Shown here: one piece after another, positions 38,199-47,931 of the stretch
Layout: each line of letters starts with the position of its first letter
How positions within the stretch are numbered: the stretch's first letter is position 1
Virus record (IMG/VR): IMGVR_UViG_3300021961_009334
Location: 1-63,244 of that record
Origin: a virus
Lineage: Duplodnaviria > Caudoviricetes
Strand: one strand, 5' to 3'
DNA length: 63,244 nt
Program-made: the position numbers and the translations under genes
The notes under the pieces: model-generated
Seen by the model: only the letters and a program-made list of their open reading frames with translations
Told to the model about the DNA's origin: nothing
Database searches by the model: none

Positions 38199-38740
38199 TT
38201 TCTGCCGCCTTTAATAACAGTAAACGAGTTTTCATAATCGTTTATTATAAAACCTATTTCTTCCCAAGTCAACTTAGTTTTTTTAAAATTTGACCAATGT
38301 GGATTTTTATCCCATAACCAATTGTATTCTTTGTCAGGGGTTTTAATTATATCCCATTCGGGAGATTCTTCGTTTATTACAAATTTAATATTTTCACCTT
38401 GCCAAGATTCTATTTGAAGAAGATTGATTTTAAGAAAATCTCCTCCTATCGAATTTAATTTAGCAAACAGACTTACACCTACGATTTGGTCAACAGGTCT
38501 TTGACAAAAATCAATTACATATTCATTGTAATTTTTAAAAACTTCATACTGTTTTTGGTTTTCTACAAAAACCGAATTTTGAAGAATTTTATTGAAAACA
38601 TATTTGTATTTTTCGAATGTTATGTGCTGTTGTTTAGGATCGTCAGTACATGGAGAAAAATGAATGGTAACTTCTGTATCATTTGGCCAAATTTTATTTC
38701 CAATTAATACACTATTTGTGTACCTAGTCCGCCAGGACAT
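38195..38740 (-). CDS. Hypothetical protein
   Basis: About 181 aa, ATGA-coupled to the DnaE-like gene. Confidence 0.65.
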   Translation of the reverse strand: MSWRTRYTNSVLIGNKIWPNDTEVTIHFSPCTDDPKQQHITFEKYKYVFNKILQNSVFVENQKQYEVFKNYNEYVIDFCQRPVDQIVGVSLFAKLNSIGGDFLKINLLQIESWQGENIKFVINEESPEWDIIKTPDKEYNWLWDKNPHWSNFKKTKLTWEEIGFIINDYENSFTVIKGGRK

Positions 38741-38747
38741 TCCGTCT

Positions 38748-38984
38748 TCAACTAACATTGATTAAACTGTCTAGGTCCGAATCGTCTTGTGATTGCTCTT
38801 TTGCCTTTTTTAATTTTCTTTGTTCTTGTTCTAACATCAAAGTATTGTATATTGCCAAAGATTGATTATAAAAATTTTCATGATTCATTCTTCTTGCTTG
38901 ATTAATTTTAAGTATAGCATCTTTGATTTTAGATTCCAACTCCTGATCAGACATCCCTTTAGGGTCGTAAGTTGGGTGAAACAT
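38748..38984 (-). CDS. Hypothetical coiled-coil protein
   Basis: MFHP...DLDSLINVS. Confidence 0.65.
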   Translation of the reverse strand: MFHPTYDPKGMSDQELESKIKDAILKINQARRMNHENFYNQSLAIYNTLMLEQEQRKLKKAKEQSQDDSDLDSLINVS

Positions 38985-38987
38985 ATA

Positions 38988-39563
38988 TTAAGAAGCGTCG
39001 TACTCTTGTGGATTATTCATGTAAATGGTAGAACCACCATCTACTGAAAAACAATCAAAAACAAATGTTGACTTTCTAGAAGGAAAAGCAAAAGTAGTGC
39101 TGTCGTCGCCTGATATGTCCATAGGTAGTGTTACACCTGTTAGAGTGATTGTGTGAGAACCCGAACCTTTTGTTAAAATTACACGCATTGAAGCATATGT
39201 ATTAGTTGTGCCGTCATCCTCTGTCGGAAAATTAGAAAAGGTCAAAGTCACATTACCTGCTGTTGTAAGAGTTACTACATTAGCATCTTCAAAATCACAA
39301 CTAACAGACCCAGAAACTGATCCTTTTGCAGAAACTTTTTGCCCCCAATCCATGAGAGTTGCTCTTTTTACATCGTGACCATTGAAATCAGTAGTAGCAT
39401 TAGTGGTTGCTCTGTTAGCTTGCAGAGCAGTTATTTCAGTACTTGCAGTTGTAAGTTGTGTTTTAATTTGAGAAAAGTTATCTCTAAATCCTTGTGAATC
39501 GTTATCTTGCCCTGCAACTGGGAAAGTTGCGTCAATTGATGCTACAGATATTGAACTTGCCAT
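38988..39563 (-). CDS. Virion (tail/baseplate) protein
   Basis: IDATFPVAGQDNDSQGFRDNF N-terminus; TAAATA plus SD. Confidence 0.7.
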   Translation of the reverse strand: MASSISVASIDATFPVAGQDNDSQGFRDNFSQIKTQLTTASTEITALQANRATTNATTDFNGHDVKRATLMDWGQKVSAKGSVSGSVSCDFEDANVVTLTTAGNVTLTFSNFPTEDDGTTNTYASMRVILTKGSGSHTITLTGVTLPMDISGDDSTTFAFPSRKSTFVFDCFSVDGGSTIYMNNPQEYDAS

Positions 39564-39584
39564 ATTTTTTTAACTCCTATATAT

Positions 39585-41177
39585 TTATAACGCAGTGCGT
39601 ATTAATTCTCTCTGTTTTGATATATTAGTGATTTGGTCTAATATGCTTGATCTCGCCATAATGACCTGCGAATCCGATGGTTCTTTTTGATCAAAAGTCA
39701 CCGGTTGTGTATTAAAAACGGTTCCATTTTGATCAAAAGTTGTTTCAACAGTTGAAATATTATCTGCTGTGTGGGTGGTGTTATCTGCTAGAATTTCCCC
39801 GTTGTCTGATGTAATTTGTGGTCGATAACTACCTTTATCAAAAGTGGTTGTTTCGGATAGTCCTAAAGTAGTCTTTTTCCTTTGGAATTTGATTATACTA
39901 CCATTTGCTGGAACACCGTAGTTAGCAGTGAAAGTAAGGGTGGTAACATTTGTAATTGCATCTGTAGACACAGTGTACAATTCAACGTCTGCAGAAGTGC
40001 TGTCTCCTACATTTCCGTGTGTGTTAATTCTTATTCCATTTACCGTCACAATGACATTTTTTGGTTGGCTAACTGGCTTGCTTAATTTAAAAGCACTGGT
40101 AGAACCGTCTGCAGTGTATGTATCTATAGGTCTTGATTGATCTATTGTGGTTCCTGTTTGTCCTGTAATGTATAATCTGTCTATTTGGAAAAAGACTCTA
40201 GATAAGTCGAAGGTTTGTTCTTTTTTTATCTTATAAATTATTTTTTCTGCTTCTCCTGGTTTGACATACTTTATAGGCAGAGCCAATTGGAATCCGGGTG
40301 TCACGTTATTGTCCTGTGGAGATTTCATCCACAAAGGAAGGTATTCGAATGTGTTAACAGTTAAACTATCTTTTAAAGCATTCCTCATGTTTTTAATGCT
40401 GTTTATATGTAAACTGTCTACACTGGTTCCTCCACTAGGCAAATTGAAACTGGCTAAAATTGTTGATGAACTAGCAGAATAATTTACAGTGATAGCAGGT
40501 AAATTGTTTGAAGTGAAAGTGATTGTATTAGGAGATTTGCTGTATGCATCGATCAATTCTATATAGATAATTTCATATATCACTCTTCCATTAGGATCTT
40601 TAGCTTTTGCAACTTTATAATTTCCCATCAATAATTTTGTATTATAAAAGTTTTGTCCCATGGCATTGAAAAGATTAGTAAGATCAGTTTTGTGAACACC
40701 ACTCAGTATTAAAACTTTGTACAAGTCTGTTTTAAAGTTTTTATCTCCCATTCTGTATAATGAAGACTCAGGAAAAGTTTTAGGATCTGTTATAAAATTG
40801 TCTAAGGCAATTCTCGAAACTTTGTCTGGTTGTAATTTTGCATATACATCGGTTATAGGACTGTCCACAATCTTTCTGTGATCTATATAAAATTCATGAG
40901 TATTTGTAACATTGCCATTTTTATTTCTAGCTTTAACATTAAAATTATATCTTCTATCAATAGTTGTGCTAGAGTTGTCTAATGTTGTTTGACCGCTGTC
41001 TAAGTCAGCAATTACACTTGTGGTTTTACCAACTATTTCGCCAGAAGGGTCTATACTCAACCCTGGAACTAATTTGCCACCAGCATACAAATATTCTAGA
41101 GGCTCGGCCGATGTTGCTTGTACTTTAAATAAACTTATTTTATCAGGAGTGATGCTTCCTAACTTAATATGAGCCAT
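39585..41177 (-). CDS. Baseplate wedge-like structural protein
   Basis: Ig-like start, YEIIY.ELID, LPLWM.S.Q, F.IDR; TAATG-coupled. Confidence 0.65.
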   Translation of the reverse strand: MAHIKLGSITPDKISLFKVQATSAEPLEYLYAGGKLVPGLSIDPSGEIVGKTTSVIADLDSGQTTLDNSSTTIDRRYNFNVKARNKNGNVTNTHEFYIDHRKIVDSPITDVYAKLQPDKVSRIALDNFITDPKTFPESSLYRMGDKNFKTDLYKVLILSGVHKTDLTNLFNAMGQNFYNTKLLMGNYKVAKAKDPNGRVIYEIIYIELIDAYSKSPNTITFTSNNLPAITVNYSASSSTILASFNLPSGGTSVDSLHINSIKNMRNALKDSLTVNTFEYLPLWMKSPQDNNVTPGFQLALPIKYVKPGEAEKIIYKIKKEQTFDLSRVFFQIDRLYITGQTGTTIDQSRPIDTYTADGSTSAFKLSKPVSQPKNVIVTVNGIRINTHGNVGDSTSADVELYTVSTDAITNVTTLTFTANYGVPANGSIIKFQRKKTTLGLSETTTFDKGSYRPQITSDNGEILADNTTHTADNISTVETTFDQNGTVFNTQPVTFDQKEPSDSQVIMARSSILDQITNISKQRELIRTAL

Positions 41178-42274
41178 TATAAAATTAACTCCTTTTGTGA
41201 ATTCCACTCGATGGCATTATAAGATTCTCCACGTACTAAAATGCTGTAAGATCTCAAATACACATTGTCAGGATAAAAACTAGAACTTTTTGTTGCTTGT
41301 ACAGTGAACGTATAAGTTTTTTCAGAATCGGGTTGATAAGAAACATTTCCATATAGTTCTCCTGTAGTTGATGAGATTGCTAATCCCGGAGGCAATGTTC
41401 CACTGCTGATGGAATAAGATATTGAAGTAGCACCAGAATAACTTAATGAATCTCCTGGATCAATAACATCAATGTGAATAATATAATAATTTTTATGAGT
41501 TATGGTAGCCAGTAATCCTGCCTGCTGAACAAAATAGAGTGCTCGCACATCTCCTTGATCTGCTAAAATAGAATTAGAATCTGCAGTGACTGATGTAGTG
41601 TCGGCTCTATTAATTTTATTTGCAAGTCCTTGAACGTAAAGGTTAAAAGTTCTATCGCTATAAGATATCCCGTCTGAAACTCTAATTTTAAATTCGTAGT
41701 ATTTGTCAACAGATCCGCTGATTCTTATTATATCAAAATCTGAATAATCAAATTCTCCGACATCAAAACCTATCTGTGTTGAATCATAATCTAAGTTAGT
41801 AGCTGGCTGAATCACTCCGCTGAGTAAACCATTTTTAGTATTCAATGTTACACTTGCAGGTAAATTGCCTGAAACTAATTTATAAAACTTTATATCCGAA
41901 TCCGAATCAGATGCTTGTAATTGATAATATAGATAGTCTCCATCTGTAAAACTTCCAAGATTTCCTGATGCTGTGATCCAAGAAGGTGCATCAGATCCTT
42001 CGACAATGAGTTTAAAAGTTCTATCAATTTTGTAAGTACCATCTGTTACTCTTACAACAAAATCATTTTCTGTGCGTTTTGATACCTCTAGAGGTCTTCC
42101 GGAAATAACACCTGATGTTGAAAGGTATAAACCTCTAGGCAATGCTCCTGCCACTATGGAATATGTTAAACTATCTCCGTCAGAATCTGTGGCTACTAGA
42201 CTAGTAGTATAATCTACTGTTTCGTCTATAGTAGCAATCGTACCGGATGCTGTGCTCCATTTAGGTTTAGCCAT
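41177..42274 (-). CDS. Virion protein with cadherin/He_PIG-like Ig repeats
   Basis: Repeated P.W.T.SG, G.LP.GL.L...G.I.G, DRTF; TAAATA 6 nt upstream. Confidence 0.7.
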   Translation of the reverse strand: MAKPKWSTASGTIATIDETVDYTTSLVATDSDGDSLTYSIVAGALPRGLYLSTSGVISGRPLEVSKRTENDFVVRVTDGTYKIDRTFKLIVEGSDAPSWITASGNLGSFTDGDYLYYQLQASDSDSDIKFYKLVSGNLPASVTLNTKNGLLSGVIQPATNLDYDSTQIGFDVGEFDYSDFDIIRISGSVDKYYEFKIRVSDGISYSDRTFNLYVQGLANKINRADTTSVTADSNSILADQGDVRALYFVQQAGLLATITHKNYYIIHIDVIDPGDSLSYSGATSISYSISSGTLPPGLAISSTTGELYGNVSYQPDSEKTYTFTVQATKSSSFYPDNVYLRSYSILVRGESYNAIEWNSQKELIL

Positions 42275-42293
42275 TTACAGTATTTATGGAAAA

Positions 42294-42318
42294 TAGTGGG
42301 TGCGTAAAACACCCACTA
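42294..42318 (-). terminator. Hairpin terminator after 42331..42807
   Basis: TAGTGGGTG / CACCCACTA 9-bp inverted repeat, TTTT after it on the minus strand. Confidence 0.7.
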
Positions 42319-42330
42319 CAGTGTAGTATA

Positions 42331-42807
42331 TTATACAGAATCGATAGTGACGTGACCAGATAGTTTGGTTTCGTCTGTGCCTTCTGTTGTATTAAGTTCG
42401 TAGCCAGTTCCAGCTGTGATTACATTATTAATCGGTGCTGAACCTGTGTTACCAGCAACATCCACATAGTGTACAGTTCTTTTGTAGAATCTTGTGATGA
42501 ATACTACAGTTGAATCGTCTAGCACACCTCTTACACAAAAAGTGCCGTTTACGTCAAGATCAGAGGCAGCTGTAAGAGCAGTTCCTGATGAATCATAGCC
42601 TTTTAATGTGTAAACTGCTTCTGTTGAATCTTCTAGATGAATCTTGAATCTGTTTGATCCTCTTTGATTAACAATATAAGCAGTTGTTGATGAAGTTGTT
42701 GAACCACCTGTTCTATAACCAGTTACAGCGATTTTTTTCTGTGTACCTATTCCGCCAGCTGGATAATTTGAGCCAACGAAGTAAGATTTTGATATAGGTC
42801 TTCCCAT
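42331..42807 (-). CDS. Putative abundant virion protein
   Basis: MGRPISKSYF, YIVNQRGSNRF; SD AAGGAG; own late promoter and terminator. Confidence 0.7.
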   Translation of the reverse strand: MGRPISKSYFVGSNYPAGGIGTQKKIAVTGYRTGGSTTSSTTAYIVNQRGSNRFKIHLEDSTEAVYTLKGYDSSGTALTAASDLDVNGTFCVRGVLDDSTVVFITRFYKRTVHYVDVAGNTGSAPINNVITAGTGYELNTTEGTDETKLSGHVTIDSV

Positions 42808-42828
42808 TATGTTCTCCTTTTGTTTTAT

Positions 42829-42903
42829 GTCCAACGTGGGTTCTAGCCACTACGCGGAGGATATTACCGCATAAGTCTTGCTTCAAGGCAAGCTCTATTA
42901 GAC
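42829..42903 (-). ncRNA. Candidate structured leader RNA (four-way junction)
   Basis: GUCUAAU/GUUGGAC closing stem around three hairpins; begins just downstream of TAAATA (42908-42913). Confidence 0.55.
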
Positions 42904-42929
42904 TGTGTATTTAATTAAAAAATGCTAGT

Positions 42930-43976
42930 TTATTCTAGTGTGCTATAAAGATAATTTTGCCTTTTTGCAAAGTCGCCACATTGTTTAAAACATTCATTTG
43001 CATGATAAGGTTGACCATAAATCCAACTTTTTTGTAGCAAGAAATTGTAATAATCGTGTTGTAAAATTTGTTCAATTGAATTCACATGTACATTGTTCCA
43101 ATTAACTCCATAGTCTTTTTCTAATTCTTTGATCCATGGAAGTTCATCAAAGTGATAATCTGTACTAAACCAACAACAAGGCCAGAGTTTTCCACTCCAA
43201 TCTATGAAAATTTCTTTTTTGTGTAACATCAAACAATTAATGGTGTTAGCCATTTCTGTATCAACATCTTTGTGTTTCCAATTTTTCACTTTATCATGTT
43301 CTGGATGTTTAAAATCTTCATCTGTCGAAATAGTTTGATTGACAACAACTGTTTGATCTTTTAATTTTGTTTTTACTGAAGATTGCCAATCTTTAATATT
43401 ACGAGTATTTTGTCTAAAGTACAAAGGGATTTTAAGTTTTTTTGAAATAAGTTTTGCATTTTCTATGTCAGATTTATTGTGCTGAAAAATCAAATAGTGC
43501 CATTCGCAGACTCCTCCTTGTTCAACATATGCGGTCATGTTTTCTAAAACCTTATTCCATTGCACATTTACTCTATACAAATGATTAGTGTTTTCACAAC
43601 CATCGACACTGAATATCATTTTTATTGCGTTAGACTGTTCTGAAAGTTTTCCTATTTGAGCAAATATTTCTGCCTTATTAGAACCTGTATTTGTATTAAT
43701 TTCAATCTCTCCGTGGTTTGCAACAATATACTCGCAAATGGAAACTATGTCCTTTACCATCATTGGTTCGTCTACTACACCACCCAGAGTAAAAGATTTA
43801 TTTTTGACTATGTTCTTTGGGAAAATTTTTTTAAAATCATCTATACTCCACTCCATTAATTGTTTTTTAAGATATGGATGAGTATCTCCATTTTGCGTCC
43901 TAGAACAGCCAGGACATCGTGCATTACATTTGTTTGTTAACTCTGTATGTATAATTTGAATATCGTCTATAATCAT
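42930..43976 (-). CDS. Radical SAM/SPASM-twitch protein
   Basis: CNARCPGC, GGVVDEP, FSVDG, WPCC, CFKQC. Confidence 0.9.
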   Translation of the reverse strand: MIIDDIQIIHTELTNKCNARCPGCSRTQNGDTHPYLKKQLMEWSIDDFKKIFPKNIVKNKSFTLGGVVDEPMMVKDIVSICEYIVANHGEIEINTNTGSNKAEIFAQIGKLSEQSNAIKMIFSVDGCENTNHLYRVNVQWNKVLENMTAYVEQGGVCEWHYLIFQHNKSDIENAKLISKKLKIPLYFRQNTRNIKDWQSSVKTKLKDQTVVVNQTISTDEDFKHPEHDKVKNWKHKDVDTEMANTINCLMLHKKEIFIDWSGKLWPCCWFSTDYHFDELPWIKELEKDYGVNWNNVHVNSIEQILQHDYYNFLLQKSWIYGQPYHANECFKQCGDFAKRQNYLYSTLE

Positions 43977-45034
43977 GTAAATTTATATCTCTGTCTAGAT
44001 CCTTGATTACCACAAGTTCTAAAACATGTTTTAGCATGGTATTTTGCTCCTGGCATCCAAGACTGTTCAAGAAGTTTATTATAATATGAATGATTTAAAA
44101 TATCAATTATAGAATGATGATGTAAACTATTCCATGTTATTCCAAAATCGTTATCCATTTGAGTCAAATACTGGTTTTCTAAAATTGTTTTGCCAAAATT
44201 ATAATCATTAGCAAACCAACAACAAGGCCATAGTCTTTGTTGCCAATCAATAAAAATTTCTTTTTGATGTAAACACACACAATGAATTGTTTTAAAATCT
44301 TCTAAGGATTGAGGTTCTAATTTATTGTCTCTTTTAAGTTGTATTTGTTTGTGTTCAAATCTAGCATCATATGTTGGTTCGACTAGATGTGTTGAAAGTT
44401 TTAATTCTCCATTTTGTTTGCTATAAACATGTGCTGTGTAAGGTTCTGTATTTCTCATATTTTGTCTAACCTTAAATGTTATTCCAAGACTGTTAGCTAA
44501 AATTTTTGCATCGTCTATGTCATCAATATTATGCTTAAATGCAAGATAATGCCATTCACAGTGGCCTCCTTGTTTAGCGTATGCTGTCATGTTTTCTAAA
44601 ACCTTATTCCATTTAACATTAATTCTGTATAAATGGTTTGTGTGTTCAAGGCCATCTACACTAAAAAACATTTTTAATCTATTGGTTTGTTTTGAAAGTT
44701 CTCCAAGTTTTTTAAATGTTTCTGCTGTATTACATCCTGTATTAGAAAAAATTTCTAAACTTCCGTTATTTGAAATAATATAATCTGCAATTTCATATAT
44801 TTGTGAATGCATCATTGGTTCATCGACAGTGCCTCCCAGTGTAAACATTTTTCCATCTATAAAAGTCTCAACAGGAAAAACTTGTTTGAATCTTTCCAAA
44901 CTCCATTCTGTGAGATTATTTTCTAAACTAGGATGAGTTTTTCCTTGGTAGGTACGAGCGCAGCCAGGACATCTAGCATTACATTTGTTTGTAATTTCTA
45001 CATGAATAGCAACAATTTCTTCAGCAGTTATCAT
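43973..45034 (-). CDS. Radical SAM/SPASM-twitch protein (paralog of neighbour)
   Basis: CNARCPGC, GGTVDEP, WPCC, CFRTC. Confidence 0.9.
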   Translation of the reverse strand: MITAEEIVAIHVEITNKCNARCPGCARTYQGKTHPSLENNLTEWSLERFKQVFPVETFIDGKMFTLGGTVDEPMMHSQIYEIADYIISNNGSLEIFSNTGCNTAETFKKLGELSKQTNRLKMFFSVDGLEHTNHLYRINVKWNKVLENMTAYAKQGGHCEWHYLAFKHNIDDIDDAKILANSLGITFKVRQNMRNTEPYTAHVYSKQNGELKLSTHLVEPTYDARFEHKQIQLKRDNKLEPQSLEDFKTIHCVCLHQKEIFIDWQQRLWPCCWFANDYNFGKTILENQYLTQMDNDFGITWNSLHHHSIIDILNHSYYNKLLEQSWMPGAKYHAKTCFRTCGNQGSRQRYKFT

Positions 45035-46266
45035 TGTAGTAAATGATCATATTCAGGATAAATGTCTAGGAATTTTTTTGGTCTAGTAGCATCAAAATAT
45101 TGTACCATGTGTTGAAAATACTTTTTAGTTCGTGAATCCATAATCTTTGTAGGTTCGTTGATCAACCAATTGTGCCATTCTACATTTTCGCTCAATTCTT
45201 TGTCTTGAAGTTGTTTGATTGAATCTGTAATTTCATTGTAAATTTTCTGTCTTTCTTCTATAGGACAGTAAGAAAATCTCAAAGGTTCTGGTGTGTCTAA
45301 AACAGTTAAATCAAAAGCAATAGAATAAGTGTTGGCAAAATCTAAAAGTTTAGGTAAACCTTTAATATTGAGGAGTTGCATGGTTGGTTCTAAATTTAAT
45401 GAAAACTGTGGAAACTGACGAGCAATTTTATTAATTCTAATTATTTTGTCTTGTAACACTGACCAAACACTAGGATATCTCACATATTCTAATATGTCTT
45501 CTGTAGCATCTAAACTAATACCTAAAATAACTTTTTTGAATTTAGTTAGGTACTGTTCTATAAATGATTCTTTGATCACTGTACCGTTTGAAATTATGTG
45601 TAAGGTTATATGGCTGCTTTTATCTGCATCAACTAATTTTTTGATTAATTTGTCAAAACCTTTCATCACAAAAGGCTCTCCGCCAACTGCCCATATTTCT
45701 TCAGTGTGTTCGGCATGATCTACAATATGTTGTACAAATTTTTCATTGTAATTAAAATCCGAAGATGAATATTCTTCTACGGGCCATTCTGTAGAATAAA
45801 GGTTATCGGTATTTGTTTGATTGAATTGTAACATATTTTTTGCTATTTGATTGCTTAGTTGTGGTCTACACATTACACATTGTAAATTACATTCGTTGCT
45901 CATTCTTAAACTTAAACTAAGAGGAGATGGAACAATGGTGGTTGGATTATTGTAATAGTATTCGGTAAGTTTGTTAAATTTTTTATTCTCGTATATTCTT
46001 GATGAAATCATCCCTTGTTTTTCCCGTTCGATACAAATTCTGCAAATATCACTAGGCATTTTCCGTTCATTAAATGATTGTCTTAATTTTTGAAATGTTT
46101 CGCCATTCCAAATGTTTTCTACACTATTTTTAAGAACACTCAGTTCAGGTGAAATGGTTTGTTGTGAATCACAACACGCTCTCATTTGGGATTGTGTAGA
46201 CACAAACATTTTTACAAATGGATGTACACAAAAATTATCGTAACTATCTTCAGGTCTCGATGACAT
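45031..46266 (-). CDS. Radical SAM protein with N-terminal twitch domain
   Basis: CVHPF...RACC, CRIC, CNLQCVMC, VGGEP, ISNGT. Confidence 0.9.
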   Translation of the reverse strand: MSSRPEDSYDNFCVHPFVKMFVSTQSQMRACCDSQQTISPELSVLKNSVENIWNGETFQKLRQSFNERKMPSDICRICIEREKQGMISSRIYENKKFNKLTEYYYNNPTTIVPSPLSLSLRMSNECNLQCVMCRPQLSNQIAKNMLQFNQTNTDNLYSTEWPVEEYSSSDFNYNEKFVQHIVDHAEHTEEIWAVGGEPFVMKGFDKLIKKLVDADKSSHITLHIISNGTVIKESFIEQYLTKFKKVILGISLDATEDILEYVRYPSVWSVLQDKIIRINKIARQFPQFSLNLEPTMQLLNIKGLPKLLDFANTYSIAFDLTVLDTPEPLRFSYCPIEERQKIYNEITDSIKQLQDKELSENVEWHNWLINEPTKIMDSRTKKYFQHMVQYFDATRPKKFLDIYPEYDHLLQ

Positions 46267-46311
46267 TTAAAATAGTTATTGTATGTTAGATACTGCGATA
46301 TCTATACTGAA

Positions 46312-47592
46312 TTATCCAGTGTATCTATCTAGATGCCAACCACCGTTAGAAAATAATATTGTTGCTAGGGTTCTTTTAGCCACAGTGGAATCTCCATCTT
46401 GACCGATAAATGGGTACCATTCATAACTAGACATCAATGTTCCATCATTTGGATTTCTAACATTGGCTATAGTAATTTTTGTTGTAGCTAAATTTGTAAA
46501 ATCCGATCCTGCAGGAATAAAATACATGACTTGTCCATCGTTACCATTGGCTAAAGTGTAACCACCTTCTCCGGCTGCAATCGAATGCACTGTGGTCGAT
46601 GTACTGAGAGCAGTTGTGCTTGTGCCCATATTATCTACTACTGCAAAAACTGTATCAGCAGTCACAGACAAATTACCTCCAACTTGTAGGTTACTTGCAA
46701 CAGCTACAACTCCTTGCAGTTGTATTTGAGTTGAATCTAATGCTTCTATAGAACTGGTTTTCAAAACGCCTTGTACATCGATTCCACTCACACATACTAT
46801 CGATGTTGAATCATTAGATTGCATCATTTCTGTGTATAGTTCTTTAGCGGTTAAATTGCCCTGTACACTTAAATCTGTATTGATAGTTAATTGAGCAGAA
46901 TCGCCACATGTGATTACACTAGTGTCTATATTGGCAGAATAAATTCCACCTGTCACAGATAATGCATCGCTGATAGTAACAGCAGATGAATCTTCTGAAC
47001 TGATTGTGTTAACCAATATAGTGCCAGTCACTTGTAGTGTATCTGATACTAAAACTCTTGAAGAATCTGAACTGCTGATTGTGTTCACAGATACTGTGTC
47101 ACTTTCGATGTTTGCCACAATGGTTGCTGTGCTAGAGTCGGTTACTGATGTTGCTGTAGCAGCTGAAGTTGATAGCACTGCTTTAAACTTATCGTCGCCT
47201 TCGTTCCAATAAAACACAGCATTGTTGCCAGCTCCGCCACGTTGAATATACATACCAGCATCAATATCCCCACCAGAGGAGTTTCTATTGAATTCTACTA
47301 GATTGTCTTCTACTTGCATCACAGTTGCGTTAACCTGAGTGCTTGAGCCTTTTACTTCCAAATCTGCATTGATGATAACTTTCCCAGTTCCATTCGGATC
47401 CAGCTCTATATCGCCGTTGGTGTTATCGCTTATAATTGAATTGCCTGAAAAGCCTAAATTAGAAGGAGTTGATCCTCCCAGTTCATTGTATATTTCATCA
47501 AAATTATCGTTAATTTTATCAAATGCCGTTCTTAGCGGATCACCTGTGCCGTCATTGGCCGATGTTCCTAGATTAATTGTTTGTTTTGCCAT
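46312..47592 (-). CDS. Tail fibre/baseplate-attached protein
   Basis: INLG..ANDGTGDPLRTAFDKINDNF anchor; five DS-containing repeats. Confidence 0.75.
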   Translation of the reverse strand: MAKQTINLGTSANDGTGDPLRTAFDKINDNFDEIYNELGGSTPSNLGFSGNSIISDNTNGDIELDPNGTGKVIINADLEVKGSSTQVNATVMQVEDNLVEFNRNSSGGDIDAGMYIQRGGAGNNAVFYWNEGDDKFKAVLSTSAATATSVTDSSTATIVANIESDTVSVNTISSSDSSRVLVSDTLQVTGTILVNTISSEDSSAVTISDALSVTGGIYSANIDTSVITCGDSAQLTINTDLSVQGNLTAKELYTEMMQSNDSTSIVCVSGIDVQGVLKTSSIEALDSTQIQLQGVVAVASNLQVGGNLSVTADTVFAVVDNMGTSTTALSTSTTVHSIAAGEGGYTLANGNDGQVMYFIPAGSDFTNLATTKITIANVRNPNDGTLMSSYEWYPFIGQDGDSTVAKRTLATILFSNGGWHLDRYTG

Positions 47593-47615
47593 GTGTTAAA
47601 CTCCTCTGGTATGTG

Positions 47616-47628
47616 TATTTACTAAATA
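47616..47628. promoter_or_regulatory. Back-to-back TAAATA late promoters
   Basis: tattta 47616-47621 (-) and taaata 47623-47628 (+) between divergent genes. Confidence 0.6.
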
Positions 47629-47649
47629 TTTTTATAAACCTAACGTAAA

Positions 47650-47931
47650 ATGTATATCAAAGAAACCACCGAAATACACCTACATCAGCGTGAAAGCAAG
47701 TTAGGAAATGTTCACAATTTCAAAAGACGCAGGACTGTGTATCATTTCCGTTGTGATGCTTGTCATAAAGAGTTTCTTAGAGACAAAGCCAAAGTATCCC
47801 CCAAACGAGCTACAAATGATTTTCATCATGTGTGCACCAAGTGTGATGTGCATAGATATGCCCAAAAGGTAGGAGTTGAAATGCGAAAGATTTGGTCGAT
47901 TGATGCTAGTAGTACAGAAGTGAAACTTTAG
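47650..47931 (+). CDS. Zn-ribbon protein
   Basis: CDAC...CTKC, basic. Confidence 0.7.
   Translation: MYIKETTEIHLHQRESKLGNVHNFKRRRTVYHFRCDACHKEFLRDKAKVSPKRATNDFHHVCTKCDVHRYAQKVGVEMRKIWSIDASSTEVKL

Noticed and set aside
42829-42903. Canonical tRNA or pistol ribozyme
   Set aside because: No D-loop GG, no UUC T-loop, 7-bp middle stem with 9-nt loop, no CCA; the GUGG-loop-CCACGUU resemblance to pistol lacks the downstream pseudoknot partner
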